Positions 28,203-37,708 of a stretch of DNA of 54,789 nt are shown in pieces. The notes beneath the pieces are model-generated. The model searched no databases. It worked only from the letters and a program-made list of their open reading frames with translations, and was not told where the DNA came from. How positions within the stretch are numbered: position 1 is the first letter of the stretch; every line of letters begins with the position of its first letter. The translations under genes and the position numbers were made by a program. Source of the DNA: Candidatus Limnocylindrales bacterium (GTDB lineage: Bacteria > Chloroflexota > Limnocylindria > Limnocylindrales > CSP1-4); assembly GCA_035458865.1 (NCBI GenBank), contig DATHYZ010000103.1:1-54789 (forward strand). The letters are read 5' to 3'.

Positions 28203-28560
28203 GGGTGGCAGGTCCGGCGGACCGTCCGGCTCCCGGCCACGGTCCTCCTGTCGTACGGGACGACGCTCAACCTCGCCGGAGGCCCGTTCGAGGGCGTGCT
28301 GGGCCACGGCGGGATGAGCCACTTCCTGCCGCTGCCCGTCTTCGTCCTGCTCGGGCGGGGCTCATCCTGGCCGGCACCTTCGCGGCCCTGGTGACCGCCC
28401 CGCTCGAGCTCCTCTTCCAGGTCGGGGCAGCCGTCGCGCTCAGGGTCCTGCTGATGCCTTCGTCGTCCGCAGCCTCCTCGTGCCGGCTCTGATCGCCGTG
28501 TTCGGCGATCTGTCGTGGTGGCCGCCAGGCTGGATCCGGGGGCGGCCGGCGCCACGTCGG
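28203..28560 (+). pseudogene. Decayed C-terminal remnant of an MMPL/RND-family transporter
   Basis: Three collinear pieces lie in three different frames: [28 protein letters not shown], then [32 protein letters not shown], then DAFVVRSLLVPALIAVFGDLSWWPPGW. Together they match the last TM helices and the LDAxxVRxLLVPAxxxLxGxxxWWxP tail of MMPL proteins. The GLSMDYxxFL segment is missing. Confidence 0.45.
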
Positions 28561-28632
28561 TGGGCCGACGGCCGTAGGCCGCTCGGGCGTTTCCGGTGCC
28601 GCCGCGCCAGCGCACGAGGCGGAACAGCGCGG

Positions 28633-28663
28633 TTGACGCTTCGGGGTCCTCCCCTGCTAGACT
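28633..28663 (+). promoter_or_regulatory. Candidate ilv operon promoter, TTGACG-19 nt-(TGC)TAGACT
   Basis: A near-consensus -35 and a TANNNT -10 with an extended-10-like TGn. The spacer is long at 19 nt. It lies about 390 nt upstream of ilvB. Confidence 0.45.
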
Positions 28664-28787
28664 GCGCGAACCACCGCGGGTCGGCTGCGGCGGGTGCGCA
28701 ACGGAGACCAGGGGCTTGGGTCACTTCTCGGATCGGGATCGCCGCCATGTCGCCATCGTCGTGACCAGCGACGGACGGCGGGTGCCG

Positions 28788-28916
28788 ATGCCCACGGACT
28801 CGGGCCTCGTCGGCCTTCCCATCGTCGGTTCGCTCCTTCTCGGGCTTGAGAGCCTTCTCGGGCTCATTACCGGCTCCCGGCGGGAGAACGGAGGGACGCG
28901 GAAGACGGGCCGCTAG
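28788..28916 (+). CDS. Candidate ilv leader peptide (42 aa), rich in Leu/Ile/Val
   Basis: MPTDSGLVGLPIVGSLLLGLESLLGLITGSRRENGGTRKTGR. It has 9 Leu, 2 Ile and 2 Val within residues 7-27. Its stop is 27 nt before the terminator stem. The start codon is uncertain: an upstream in-frame TTG or GTG would add ...HVAIVVTS.... Confidence 0.3.
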   Translation: MPTDSGLVGLPIVGSLLLGLESLLGLITGSRRENGGTRKTGR

Positions 28917-28942
28917 CGCGGACGGAGACCGAAGACCGATGG

Positions 28943-28974
28943 GACCCTCGCCGGGAGGCGAGGGTCTTTTGCTT
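28943..28974 (+). terminator. Intrinsic terminator/attenuator hairpin in the ilvB leader
   Basis: Perfect 10-bp stem GACCCTCGCC / GGCGAGGGTC with a GGGA loop, followed by TTTTGCTT. It lies about 80 nt upstream of the ilvB start. Confidence 0.6.
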
Positions 28975-29052
28975 GCCGGCGACGGCGCCGAACGGATCGG
29001 CGGATCGACCGGGACGGGGCGGGGCCCCGAGGCGGGATCGAGAGGGCGGGTG

Positions 29053-30942
29053 ATGGCGATGACGAAGGGCGAGGCGGCGGCGAGTCCGGCGCCGCCGGGT
29101 GCCCGGTCGACGGCCGCAGGGGACGACCGGCGGAGCCACGTCCCGGCCGAGGGGACCGCGCACGCGGCGGCCATCGAGAAGGCCCAGCGCGACATGCTCC
29201 ACGAGGCCGCGCCGCGGAAGCGGACGCGGATCGGCGCCGACGTCGTGTGCGAGGCCCTCCTCCGCCAGGGCGTCGACGTCTTCTTCAGCTACCCGGGCGG
29301 CGTGATCCTGCCGCTCTACGACGTCCTGGGCGACTACCCCGAGCTCCGCCACGTGCTCGTTCGCCACGAGCAGGGCGGCGCGCATGCCGCCGACGGCTAC
29401 GCCCGGGCGACCGGCAAGGTCGGGGTCTGCATGGGCACGTCCGGACCCGGCGCGACGAACCTGGTGACCGGCATCGCCACGGCCATGCTCGACTCCGTGC
29501 CGATGGTCGCCATCACCGGCAACGTCCCAGGGGCCCTCATCGGCAAGGACGCCTTCCAGGAGATCGACATCACCGGCATCACGCTGCCGATGACGAAGCA
29601 CAACTACCTGGTCCGCGACGCCGAGGACCTGCCGCGGGTCCTGGCCGAGGCGTTCCACATCGCCCGGACGGGCCGCCCCGGCCCCGTCCACGTCGACATC
29701 ACCAAGGACGCCCTCCAGCAGGAGACGGCTGCCCCGCACCCGTCTGACGAGGAGGTCATGGCCGGTCTGCCGGGCTTCCGGCCGACCTTCGACGGCCACC
29801 CCCGCCAGGTCAAGTTGGCGGCCAGGGAGATCGCCGCGGCCCGGCGGCCGGTCATCCTGGCCGGCCACGGCGTCATCATCGCCGGCGCCGAGGCGGAGCT
29901 CCTGGAGCTCGCCGAGAAGGCCCGGATCCCGATCACCTGGACGCTCCTGGGGATCGGGGCCGTCGACGAGACCCATCCGCTCGCCTACGGCTACATGGGG
30001 ATGCACGGCTGGAAGCACGTCAACCGGGCGATCCAGTCGGCCGACCTGCTCATCGCCCTGGGGATGCGCTTCGACGACCGGGTCACCGGCAACGTCAAGA
30101 CCTACGCGCCCCACGCGCGGATCGTCCACGTCGACCTGGACCCGTCCGAGATCGGCAAGAACGTGGCGGTCGAGGTCCCGATCGTCGGCGACGTCAAGCG
30201 GACCCTGCGAGCCCTCCTGGGGATGATCGACGAGGTGGATGCCGCCGAGCGGGAAGGCTACCTCGCCGAGCTGGCCGAGTGGCGGGCCGAGTCCGAGGGT
30301 GCCAGCTGGCACGGCTCGGGCGCCTGGCGCGACGGCCACCTCTCGGCCGACTACGTCATCGAGCGGCTCGGCGAGCTGACCGACCACGACGCCACCTACG
30401 TCGCCGACGTCGGCCAGCACCAGATGTGGCTGGCCCGCTACTGCGGCTTCCGCCGGCCCGGCTCGCACCTCTCGTCGGGAGGCCTGGGCACCATGGGCTA
30501 CAGCATGCCGGCGGCGATGGGCGCGGCCCTGGGCCGCCCGGACAAGGAGACCTGGGCCGTCTGCGGCGATGGCGGCTTCCAGATGACGCTCCAGGAGCTG
30601 GCGACCCTGGTCCAGGACCGGATCCCGGTCAAGATCGCCCTCATGGACAACAAGAAGCTCGGGATGATCCGCCAGTGGCAGGAGATCGTCTACGCCGGCA
30701 ACTACCACTCGTCCAACCTGCTCGGGCCGGACTACCTCAAGCTCTGCGACGCGTACGGGATCGCGGCCTTCAAGGCCTCCACGCCCGAGGAGGTGGACCC
30801 GGCGATCCGGGCCGCCCAGGCCGTCGACGGCCCGGCCCTCGTCTGGTTCGAGACCGCCGAGTCGCAGAACGTCTACCCGATGATGCCGGCCGGCAAGGGC
30901 CTCTCCGACCTCATCGAGACGTGGAACGAGCCCGAGGAATGA
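29053..30942 (+). CDS. ilvB: Acetolactate synthase (acetohydroxyacid synthase) large subunit
   Basis: [56 protein letters not shown] (ThDP motif). The start is uncertain within about 50 codons (ATG 29053/29059 or a later Met). Confidence 0.92.
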   Translation: MAMTKGEAAASPAPPGARSTAAGDDRRSHVPAEGTAHAAAIEKAQRDMLHEAAPRKRTRIGADVVCEALLRQGVDVFFSYPGGVILPLYDVLGDYPELRHVLVRHEQGGAHAADGYARATGKVGVCMGTSGPGATNLVTGIATAMLDSVPMVAITGNVPGALIGKDAFQEIDITGITLPMTKHNYLVRDAEDLPRVLAEAFHIARTGRPGPVHVDITKDALQQETAAPHPSDEEVMAGLPGFRPTFDGHPRQVKLAAREIAAARRPVILAGHGVIIAGAEAELLELAEKARIPITWTLLGIGAVDETHPLAYGYMGMHGWKHVNRAIQSADLLIALGMRFDDRVTGNVKTYAPHARIVHVDLDPSEIGKNVAVEVPIVGDVKRTLRALLGMIDEVDAAEREGYLAELAEWRAESEGASWHGSGAWRDGHLSADYVIERLGELTDHDATYVADVGQHQMWLARYCGFRRPGSHLSSGGLGTMGYSMPAAMGAALGRPDKETWAVCGDGGFQMTLQELATLVQDRIPVKIALMDNKKLGMIRQWQEIVYAGNYHSSNLLGPDYLKLCDAYGIAAFKASTPEEVDPAIRAAQAVDGPALVWFETAESQNVYPMMPAGKGLSDLIETWNEPEE

Positions 30943-31562
30943 GCGGTCGAACCGGCGGCCAGGCCGCCGACCCCACACCCGGTCCGACCGCGGCGCCGAC
31001 CCGCGCGCCGGCCCACAGCGCCCCGCCGTCCCGGGCGGTCCCGGGCTCCGGCGAGCATCACCGGCACGTCCTGGTGGCCGTGGTGATGAACCGGCCCGGC
31101 GTCCTGAACCGGGTCTCCTCGCTCATGCGAGCGCGCAACTTCAACATCGAGTCGCTGGCGGTGAACCACACCGACGACGCCGAGATCAGCCGGATGACGA
31201 TCACCCTGTACGGCGACGACGTCGCCGTCGAGCAGGCGACGAAGCAGCTGTACCGGCTGATCGACGTGCTCAAGGTCCAGGACGTCACCAACGACCCGAC
31301 CGTCGAGCACGAGCTGGCGCTCGTCAAGGTCCGGGCCACCGACCGCGCCCGGGCCGAGGTCCTCAAGGTCGTGGAGCTCTCCAAGGGCAGGATCGTGGAT
31401 CTCTCGCAGGAATCGGTCATCGTCGAGGTGACCGGCACCGAGGCCGAGGTGGACGCGACGATCGCGCTCCTCCGCGGCTTCGGCATCAAGGAGCTCGTCC
31501 GAACCGGGACCGTGGTCATGTCGCGGGGCTCGGGATCCATCGAGGAGGCGATCAAGCGATGA
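30939..31562 (+). CDS. ilvN: Acetolactate synthase small (regulatory) subunit
   Basis: ACT domain [36 protein letters not shown] overlap with the ilvB stop. It has a Pro/Ala-rich N-terminal extension of about 40 aa. Confidence 0.9.
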   Translation: MSGRTGGQAADPTPGPTAAPTRAPAHSAPPSRAVPGSGEHHRHVLVAVVMNRPGVLNRVSSLMRARNFNIESLAVNHTDDAEISRMTITLYGDDVAVEQATKQLYRLIDVLKVQDVTNDPTVEHELALVKVRATDRARAEVLKVVELSKGRIVDLSQESVIVEVTGTEAEVDATIALLRGFGIKELVRTGTVVMSRGSGSIEEAIKR

Positions 31563-32608
31563 CGGCCAGGATGTACTACGACGCCGACACGGACCCGTCC
31601 GCCCTGGCCGGCCAGACGGTGGCGATCATCGGCTATGGCAGCCAGGGCCATGCCCACGCCCAGAACCTCCAGGAATCGGGGGTCTTGGTCGTCGTCGGGC
31701 TGCAGCCCGGCTCACGCAGCCGGGCCCTGGCCGAGGAGTCCGGGCTCCGGGTCCTCGACGTGGCCGACGCGGTCCGGGCCGCCGACGTCATCATGATCGT
31801 CGTGCCGGATACGGCCCAGAAGGCCGTCTACGACGCCGACATCGCCCCCAACCTCCGGCCCGGCCAGCTCCTGCTGTTCGCCCACGGCTTCAACATCCGC
31901 TTCGGGCGCATCGAGCCGCCGGCGGACATCGACGTGGGGATGGTGGCGCCCAAGGGCCCGGGCCACCTGGTCCGCTCCGTCTACCAGGCCGGTGGCGGCG
32001 TGCCGGCGCTCTTCGCCGTCCACCAGGACGCGACCGGGACGGCCCGCGCCCGGGTCCTGGCCTATGCCCGCGGCCTGGGCTGCACCCGGGCCGGCGTCCT
32101 CGAGACGACCTTCGCGGAGGAGACCGAGACCGATCTCTTCGGCGAGCAGGCGGTCCTCTGCGGCGGCACCGCCGCCCTGGTCAAGATGGCCTTCGAGACG
32201 CTCGTCGAGGCCGGCTACCAGCCCGAGCTGGCCTACTTCGAGACGATGCACGAGCTCAAGCTCATCGTCGACCTCATGTACCGCGGCGGCCTCAACTTCA
32301 TGCGCTTCAGCGTCAGCGACACGGCGGAGTACGGCGACTACGTGTCCGGCCCGCGGATCATCGACGAGGACGTCCGGACCACGATGCGCCAGGTCCTCGC
32401 CGAGATCCAGGATGGCACCTTCGCCGACCGCTGGATCGCAGAGAACGAGGCCGGGCGCCCCGAGTTCGAGGCGCTCCGGGCCCGCGATCGCGACCATCGG
32501 ATCGAGCAGGTCGGCCGCGAGCTGCGGGCCGCCATGCCCTTCCTGGACCCGGTCGTCGTGGAGGCCGGCCAGGCCCAGGCGGCCGCGGGCCGGCGGGAGG
32601 GCCACTGA
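31559..32608 (+). CDS. ilvC: Ketol-acid reductoisomerase (class I)
   Basis: [37 protein letters not shown] overlap with the ilvN stop. Confidence 0.95.
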   Translation: MTARMYYDADTDPSALAGQTVAIIGYGSQGHAHAQNLQESGVLVVVGLQPGSRSRALAEESGLRVLDVADAVRAADVIMIVVPDTAQKAVYDADIAPNLRPGQLLLFAHGFNIRFGRIEPPADIDVGMVAPKGPGHLVRSVYQAGGGVPALFAVHQDATGTARARVLAYARGLGCTRAGVLETTFAEETETDLFGEQAVLCGGTAALVKMAFETLVEAGYQPELAYFETMHELKLIVDLMYRGGLNFMRFSVSDTAEYGDYVSGPRIIDEDVRTTMRQVLAEIQDGTFADRWIAENEAGRPEFEALRARDRDHRIEQVGRELRAAMPFLDPVVVEAGQAQAAAGRREGH

Positions 32609-34245
32609 TGCCCGGCTCCGTCCCGCGCCCGAGCGGGCCCTTCGTCGCGCCCGGCTCGGTCCGCATCTTCGACACCACCCTCCGCGACGGCGAGCAGGCG
32701 CCCGGCGCCGGCCTCACGGCGGCCGAGAAGCTCGAGGTCGCCCGCCAGCTCATGCGCCTCAAGGTCGACGTCATCGAGGCGGGCTTCCCGGCCGCCTCGC
32801 CGGGCGACTTCGAGGCGGTCCGCCGGATCGCCATGGAGGCGAGGGACGTCGCCGTCGCCGCCCTGGCCCGGTGCCGCGAGGGCGACCCCCAGCGGGCCAT
32901 CGACGCCATCAAGGTGAGCGAGCGGCCCCATCTCCACGTCTTCATCGCGACCTCGGACATCCACCTCAAGCACAAGCTCCGCCTCTCCCGCGAGGAGGCC
33001 CTGGCCGAGGCGGTCCGCTGGGTCCGTCACGGTCGCGAGCAGCTGGGCCGCGACGCCGAGATCGAGTTCAGCGCCGAGGACGCCTCGCGGACCGACGTCG
33101 ACTACCTCCTCCAGGTCTACGAGGCGGTCGTGGATGCCGGAGCCTCCACCGTCAACATCCCCGACACCGTCGGCTACGCCATCCCCCATGAGTTCGGCAA
33201 GCTCGTCGGCCAGGTCGTCGACCTGGTGGGCCGCGATGCCACCGTCAGCGTCCACTGCCACAACGACCTGGGCCTGGCCACGGCCAACACGCTGGCGGCG
33301 GTCCAGGCCGGCGCCCGCCAGGTCGAGGTGACGATCAATGGCCTCGGCGAGCGGGCCGGCAACGCGTCGCTGGAGGAGGTCGTCATGGCCCTCCGGACGC
33401 GCCCGACCCAGTTCCCCGAGCTGGGCAGCCGGGTCCAGACCGAGCAGATCACGGCGGCCAGCCGCCTCGTCAGCTACCTCACCGGCTTCGCGATCCAGCC
33501 GAACAAGGCGATCGTCGGCGGCAACGCCTTCGCCCACGAGTCGGGGATCCACCAGGACGGCGTCATCAAGAACCCGCTGACCTACGAGATCATGACGCCC
33601 CAGTCGGTCGGCCTCACCGGCAGCCAGCTGACGATCGGCAAGCTGTCCGGCCGCAAGGGGCTCCAGGCCAAGCTCAAGGCCCTCGGCTACGACATGGACG
33701 GCGACCGGCTGGACGCCATCTACCGGGCCGCCATCGAGCTGGCCGACCGCAAGAAGGAGGTCACCGAGGCCGACCTCCTGGCCATCGTCGAGCAGCAGTC
33801 GTCGGACGTCCCGGCGTCGGTGCAGCTGCTGGGCTGGAACGTCACCAGCTCCAAGGGCGGCAAGGCGACCGGCTCGGTCTCGCTCCTGGTCAGCGGCGAG
33901 GAGCGAGCCGCGGAGGCCATCGGCAACGGCCCGGTCAACGCGCTCTACCGCTCGGTCGACGAGGCGGTCGCCCCGGTCTTCGGCTGGTATCCGACCCTGA
34001 CCGAGTACGAGATCAAGGCCGTGTCGGCCGGCGAGGACGCCCAGGGCCAGGTCGCCATCCACTGCCGCCGCTCCACGGACGAGGGACCCGGCGCGCTCGT
34101 CGTCTCGGGCCAGGGCCTCTCGACCGACATCATCGAGGCGTCGCTGGACGCCTACCTCGTGGCGCTGAACAAGCTCCGCGGTGCGGAGATCGAGCCGGTC
34201 GCCGGGGCCTTCGCCGCCCAGCGCTCGGCCGAGGGCCTGCCGTGA
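32608..34245 (+). CDS. leuA: 2-isopropylmalate synthase (short form, with C-terminal LeuA regulatory domain)
   Basis: [31 protein letters not shown], and the C-terminal [12 protein letters not shown]...[18 protein letters not shown]. The TGATG junction with ilvC overlaps by 1 nt. Confidence 0.93.
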   Translation: MPGSVPRPSGPFVAPGSVRIFDTTLRDGEQAPGAGLTAAEKLEVARQLMRLKVDVIEAGFPAASPGDFEAVRRIAMEARDVAVAALARCREGDPQRAIDAIKVSERPHLHVFIATSDIHLKHKLRLSREEALAEAVRWVRHGREQLGRDAEIEFSAEDASRTDVDYLLQVYEAVVDAGASTVNIPDTVGYAIPHEFGKLVGQVVDLVGRDATVSVHCHNDLGLATANTLAAVQAGARQVEVTINGLGERAGNASLEEVVMALRTRPTQFPELGSRVQTEQITAASRLVSYLTGFAIQPNKAIVGGNAFAHESGIHQDGVIKNPLTYEIMTPQSVGLTGSQLTIGKLSGRKGLQAKLKALGYDMDGDRLDAIYRAAIELADRKKEVTEADLLAIVEQQSSDVPASVQLLGWNVTSSKGGKATGSVSLLVSGEERAAEAIGNGPVNALYRSVDEAVAPVFGWYPTLTEYEIKAVSAGEDAQGQVAIHCRRSTDEGPGALVVSGQGLSTDIIEASLDAYLVALNKLRGAEIEPVAGAFAAQRSAEGLP

Positions 34246-35438
34246 CCGACGCCGAGCCCGACCTCGCCCGCCGGGCCGATGCGCCGGCCGGCGGATCCGC
34301 GACCTACCGGGTCGCCACGATCCCCGGCGACGGCGTGGGCCCGGACGTCGTCGCGGCGGCCCGGGCCGTCGTCGATGCGGTGGCCGCGGCCGACGGGTTC
34401 ACGGTCGCCTGGTCGGAGCACCTCGTCGGCGGCATCGCCATCGACACCTACGGCGTGCCGATCCGCGACGAGGACCTGGCCGCCTGCGGCGCCACCGACG
34501 CGATCCTCCTGGGCGCGGTCGGCGGGCCGAAGTGGGACGACCCGAACGCCGCGGTCCGGCCCGAGCAGGCGCTCTTCGCCCTCCGCGGGGGCTTCGAGCT
34601 CTACGCGAACCTTCGGCCGGTCTCCGTCCACCCGGCGCTCATCGACGCGTCGCCACTCCGACCCGAGCGGCTGGCCGGCGTCGACGTCCTCATCGTCCGG
34701 GAGCTGACGGGCGGCATCTACTTCGGCCGCCCGTCGGAGGAGCGCTCCACGCCCGAGGGCCGTGTCGCCGTCGACACCCTCTGGTACAGCGAGAGCGAGA
34801 TCCGGCGCGTCGTCCGGCTGGCCTTCGAGCTGGCCCGGGGGCGGCGGGGCCGGCTGACCCAGGTGGACAAGGCGAACGTGCTGGCCTCCTCCCGGCTCTG
34901 GCGCAAGGTGACCGAGGAGGTCCGGGCGGAGTTCCCCGACGTCGCGGTCGAGCACCGCCTCGTGGATGCCGCCGCGATGCTGCTGGTGACCCGGCCGGCC
35001 GCATTCGACGTCCTCGTCACCGAGAACCTCTTCGGGGACATCCTGTCCGACGAGGCGAGCGTCCTGGCCGGCTCGCTGGGCATGCTGCCCTCGGCGTCGC
35101 TGGGGACCCGCGAGACGGAGCACGGGCGGTTCGGCCTCTACGAGCCGATCCACGGGTCGGCTCCGGACATCGCCGGCCGCGACCTGGCCAATCCCGTCGG
35201 GACCATCCTCTCCGCGGCGATGCTCCTGCGCTGGTCGCTGGGCCGGGCGGCGGCGGCGGACGCGGTCGAGGCCGCCGTGGGCAGGGCGCTCGAGGACGGC
35301 TTTCGGACCCGCGACCTGCTCATCCCGGGCCGCGAGGACCTGGCGGAGGTGGACGGGCTTCGACTCGTCGGGACCGACGGGATGACGCGGGCGATCGTCG
35401 ACCGGATCACCATCCCCCCGGAGGCGACCCGGCCATGA
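34242..35438 (+). CDS. leuB: 3-isopropylmalate dehydrogenase
   Basis: [45 protein letters not shown] overlap with the leuA stop. Confidence 0.93.
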   Translation: MTDAEPDLARRADAPAGGSATYRVATIPGDGVGPDVVAAARAVVDAVAAADGFTVAWSEHLVGGIAIDTYGVPIRDEDLAACGATDAILLGAVGGPKWDDPNAAVRPEQALFALRGGFELYANLRPVSVHPALIDASPLRPERLAGVDVLIVRELTGGIYFGRPSEERSTPEGRVAVDTLWYSESEIRRVVRLAFELARGRRGRLTQVDKANVLASSRLWRKVTEEVRAEFPDVAVEHRLVDAAAMLLVTRPAAFDVLVTENLFGDILSDEASVLAGSLGMLPSASLGTRETEHGRFGLYEPIHGSAPDIAGRDLANPVGTILSAAMLLRWSLGRAAAADAVEAAVGRALEDGFRTRDLLIPGREDLAEVDGLRLVGTDGMTRAIVDRITIPPEATRP

Positions 35439-37120
35439 CCCAGCCAGCGACCGGCGCACCGGTCATCCTCTACGACACGACCCTTCGCGACGGGACCCAG
35501 GGCGAGAACATCACCCTCTCGCTCGCCGACAAGCTGCGGATCGCCCGCATGCTCGACGAGTACGGCATGCCCTTCATCGAGGGTGGCTGGCCCGGCTCGA
35601 ACCCCAAGGACATCGAGTTCTTCGCAGCGGCCAAGGGGATGACCTGGGCCAACACGCGGCTGGCCGCCTTCGGCTCCACCCGGCATCGCGCCAACCGGCC
35701 CGACGAGGACCCCAACCTCCGCGAGCTGGTGGCCGCGGAGACGCCGGTCGTCACGATCTTCGGCAAGAGCTGGCTGCTCCACGTCATCGAGGTCCTGGGA
35801 GCCACCCCGGACGAGAACCTCGACATGGTCGCCGAATCGGTCGCCTTCATCTCGGAGCGCGGCCGCGAGGTCGTCTACGACGCCGAGCACTACTTCGACG
35901 GCTACCGGGCCGACCCCGCCTACGCGGTGACGACCCTCCGGGCGGCGCGCGAGGCCGGGGCCCGCACGATCGTCCTCTGCGACACGAACGGCGGCACCCT
36001 GACCGACGACCTGGTCCGCATCCTCGGCGAGACCCGGGCCGCCCTCGAGGCCGATGGCGCCGCGGCCCCGGTCACCTGGGGCATCCACACCCACAACGAC
36101 GCCGAGCTGGCGGTCGCCAACTCGATCGCCGCCGTCCGGGCCGGGGTCCGCCACGTCCAGGCGACGATCAACGGCTACGGGGAGCGCTGCGGCAACGCGA
36201 ACATGGTCAGCGTGATGGCCAACCTGGCCCTCAAGACGGACCTCCCGCTGCTGCCCGTCGGCGGGGGCGATCTCACGGACCTGACCCTGCTGTCGCGGAG
36301 CGTCGCCGAGATCGCCAACGTCGTTCCCAACGACTACCAGCCGTTCGTTGGCCGCTCGGCCTTCGCCCACAAGGGCGGGGTCCACGGGGCCGCGGTCGCC
36401 AAGGTCGAGCGGAGCTACCAGCACGTGGACCCGGCGGCGGTCGGCAACGAGGGTCGCCTCGTCGTCTCGGAGCTCGGGGGCAAGGCGAACACCCGGATCC
36501 GGGCCGAGCAGCTGGGCCACCGGCTCGAGGGCGTGGTCGACCCCAAGGTGCTCTCCCAGCTCATCAAGGAGCTCGAAGCGCAGGGGCTCGCCTTCGAGGG
36601 TGCCGAGGCGAGCTTCGAGCTGCTCATCCGGCGGCACGGCGCGGATTACGAACGCCCCTTCCGGGTCCTCGACTACACGACCCTCGTGGAGCAGCGCGAC
36701 GGCCGCGAGTTCCTCGCCGAGGCCACGGTCAAGGTGGAGGTCGCCGGCGAGGTCCTCCACACCGCCGCCGATGGCAACGGCCCGGTCAACGCCCTCGACG
36801 CCGCCCTCCGCAAGGCCCTGGGGGCGTTCTACCCGGAGCTCGACCAGGTCCACCTGGTCGACTACAAGGTCCGCATCCTCGACGGGAACGCCGCCACGGC
36901 GGCCCGGACCAGGGTCATCATCGACTCGACCGACGGGGTCCTGGAGTGGTCGACGATGGGCAGTGACACGAACATCATCGCCGCCTCGGCGGCGGCGCTC
37001 GCCGACTCGTTGGAGTACGCGATCTGGAAGCGGGGCGCCGAGCTCCGGCGACGTGACGAGCGGCACTTCGCGACGCTCCGGGCCTCGGACGCACCCGGCG
37101 CCACCTCGAGCGATGGGTAG
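35435..37120 (+). CDS. cimA: Citramalate synthase (LeuA-family, CimA type)
   Basis: [46 protein letters not shown], and a C-terminal LeuA-type regulatory domain. This matches the CimA subfamily (DGTQ and [10 protein letters not shown]) rather than LeuA. ATGA overlap with the leuB stop. Confidence 0.8.
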   Translation: MTQPATGAPVILYDTTLRDGTQGENITLSLADKLRIARMLDEYGMPFIEGGWPGSNPKDIEFFAAAKGMTWANTRLAAFGSTRHRANRPDEDPNLRELVAAETPVVTIFGKSWLLHVIEVLGATPDENLDMVAESVAFISERGREVVYDAEHYFDGYRADPAYAVTTLRAAREAGARTIVLCDTNGGTLTDDLVRILGETRAALEADGAAAPVTWGIHTHNDAELAVANSIAAVRAGVRHVQATINGYGERCGNANMVSVMANLALKTDLPLLPVGGGDLTDLTLLSRSVAEIANVVPNDYQPFVGRSAFAHKGGVHGAAVAKVERSYQHVDPAAVGNEGRLVVSELGGKANTRIRAEQLGHRLEGVVDPKVLSQLIKELEAQGLAFEGAEASFELLIRRHGADYERPFRVLDYTTLVEQRDGREFLAEATVKVEVAGEVLHTAADGNGPVNALDAALRKALGAFYPELDQVHLVDYKVRILDGNAATAARTRVIIDSTDGVLEWSTMGSDTNIIAASAAALADSLEYAIWKRGAELRRRDERHFATLRASDAPGATSSDG

Positions 37121-37130
37121 GGAGGTGACC

Positions 37131-37673
37131 GTGAACGCCACGAGCGGCATGCCGACCAGCGGTCGGGCCCTGCGCCTGGTCCGCTGGACCGTCACCTCGG
37201 GCAGCAGCACCCAGAGCCGCGGGGCGGTGGTGCTCCGTGCGGCCGGGCATCGCTGGGAGGCCGCCGCCGAGGGCAACGGCCCCATCGACGCCCTCTTCAA
37301 CGCCGTCGACCGGGCGATCGCCGAGATCCTGGCCGGCCACCCCAGGCTCCTTGCCTACGACATCCATGCGCTCGCCGAGGGTCCAGATGCCGAGGGCGAG
37401 GTCAGGGTCGAGATCGGTCCGCCGGCCGAGGCCGCCGGCGATCGGGCCGCCGGCACGTTCTCAGGCGTGGCCCGGAGCACCAACATCGTCGCCGCCTCGA
37501 TCGAGGCCTACATCCAGGCCCTGGAGGCGCTCCTGGCCCAGACGCCCTGGGCCGGTGCCGCCGAGGCCGCCGCCGACCGTCGAGCCCGGCCGAGCCCGGA
37601 CCGCGGCGCCGAGCGGGTGGAGCTGGACGAGGACGCCGGCGGGATCGACACCACGGACTGGTTCGATCGCTGA
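37131..37673 (+). CDS. Stand-alone LeuA/CimA allosteric (LeuA_dimer-type) regulatory-domain protein
   Basis: EGNGPIDALFNAVDRAI...YDIHALAEGPDAEGEVRVEI...GVARSTNIVAASIEAYIQALEALL aligns with the C-terminal domains of the leuA and cimA products in this window. There is no TIM-barrel catalytic part. The RBS GGGAGG overlaps the cimA stop, and GTG 37131 lies 5 nt downstream of it (ATG 37113 and ATG 37149 are alternatives). Confidence 0.7.
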   Translation: MNATSGMPTSGRALRLVRWTVTSGSSTQSRGAVVLRAAGHRWEAAAEGNGPIDALFNAVDRAIAEILAGHPRLLAYDIHALAEGPDAEGEVRVEIGPPAEAAGDRAAGTFSGVARSTNIVAASIEAYIQALEALLAQTPWAGAAEAAADRRARPSPDRGAERVELDEDAGGIDTTDWFDR

Positions 37674-37695
37674 CCGAGCCGGGCCGGACGACCGC

Positions 37696-37701
37696 TAGAC
37701 T
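37696..37701 (+). promoter_or_regulatory. Candidate -10 box TAGACT placed for a leaderless pheA transcript
   Basis: TAGACT is the same hexamer as the ilv promoter -10. It is followed by 7 nt and then ATG 37709, with no SD. A -35-like TGACCG lies 19 nt upstream. Confidence 0.3.
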
Positions 37702-37708
37702 CCAGCCG

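Noticed and set aside
28596-28916. The full 106-aa ORF as an ordinary protein-coding gene
   Set aside because: Its first ~40 codons lie upstream of or across the predicted ilv promoter and overlap the MMPL-remnant tail. They are Arg-rich. Only the hydrophobic Leu/Ile/Val-rich 3' part, next to the terminator, makes sense, and then as a leader peptide.
28440-29195. 251-aa minus-strand ORF spanning the leuC/ilvB spacer
   Set aside because: It has Pro/Ala/Arg/Ser-rich composition and no motifs. It runs antisense through the promoter, leader, terminator and ilvB start.
34181-35434. Upstream 418 codons of the 979-aa ORF 34181..37120
   Set aside because: This region overlaps leuB in a different frame and has shadow-ORF composition. 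CimA homology starts at ATG 35435, which overlaps the leuB stop.
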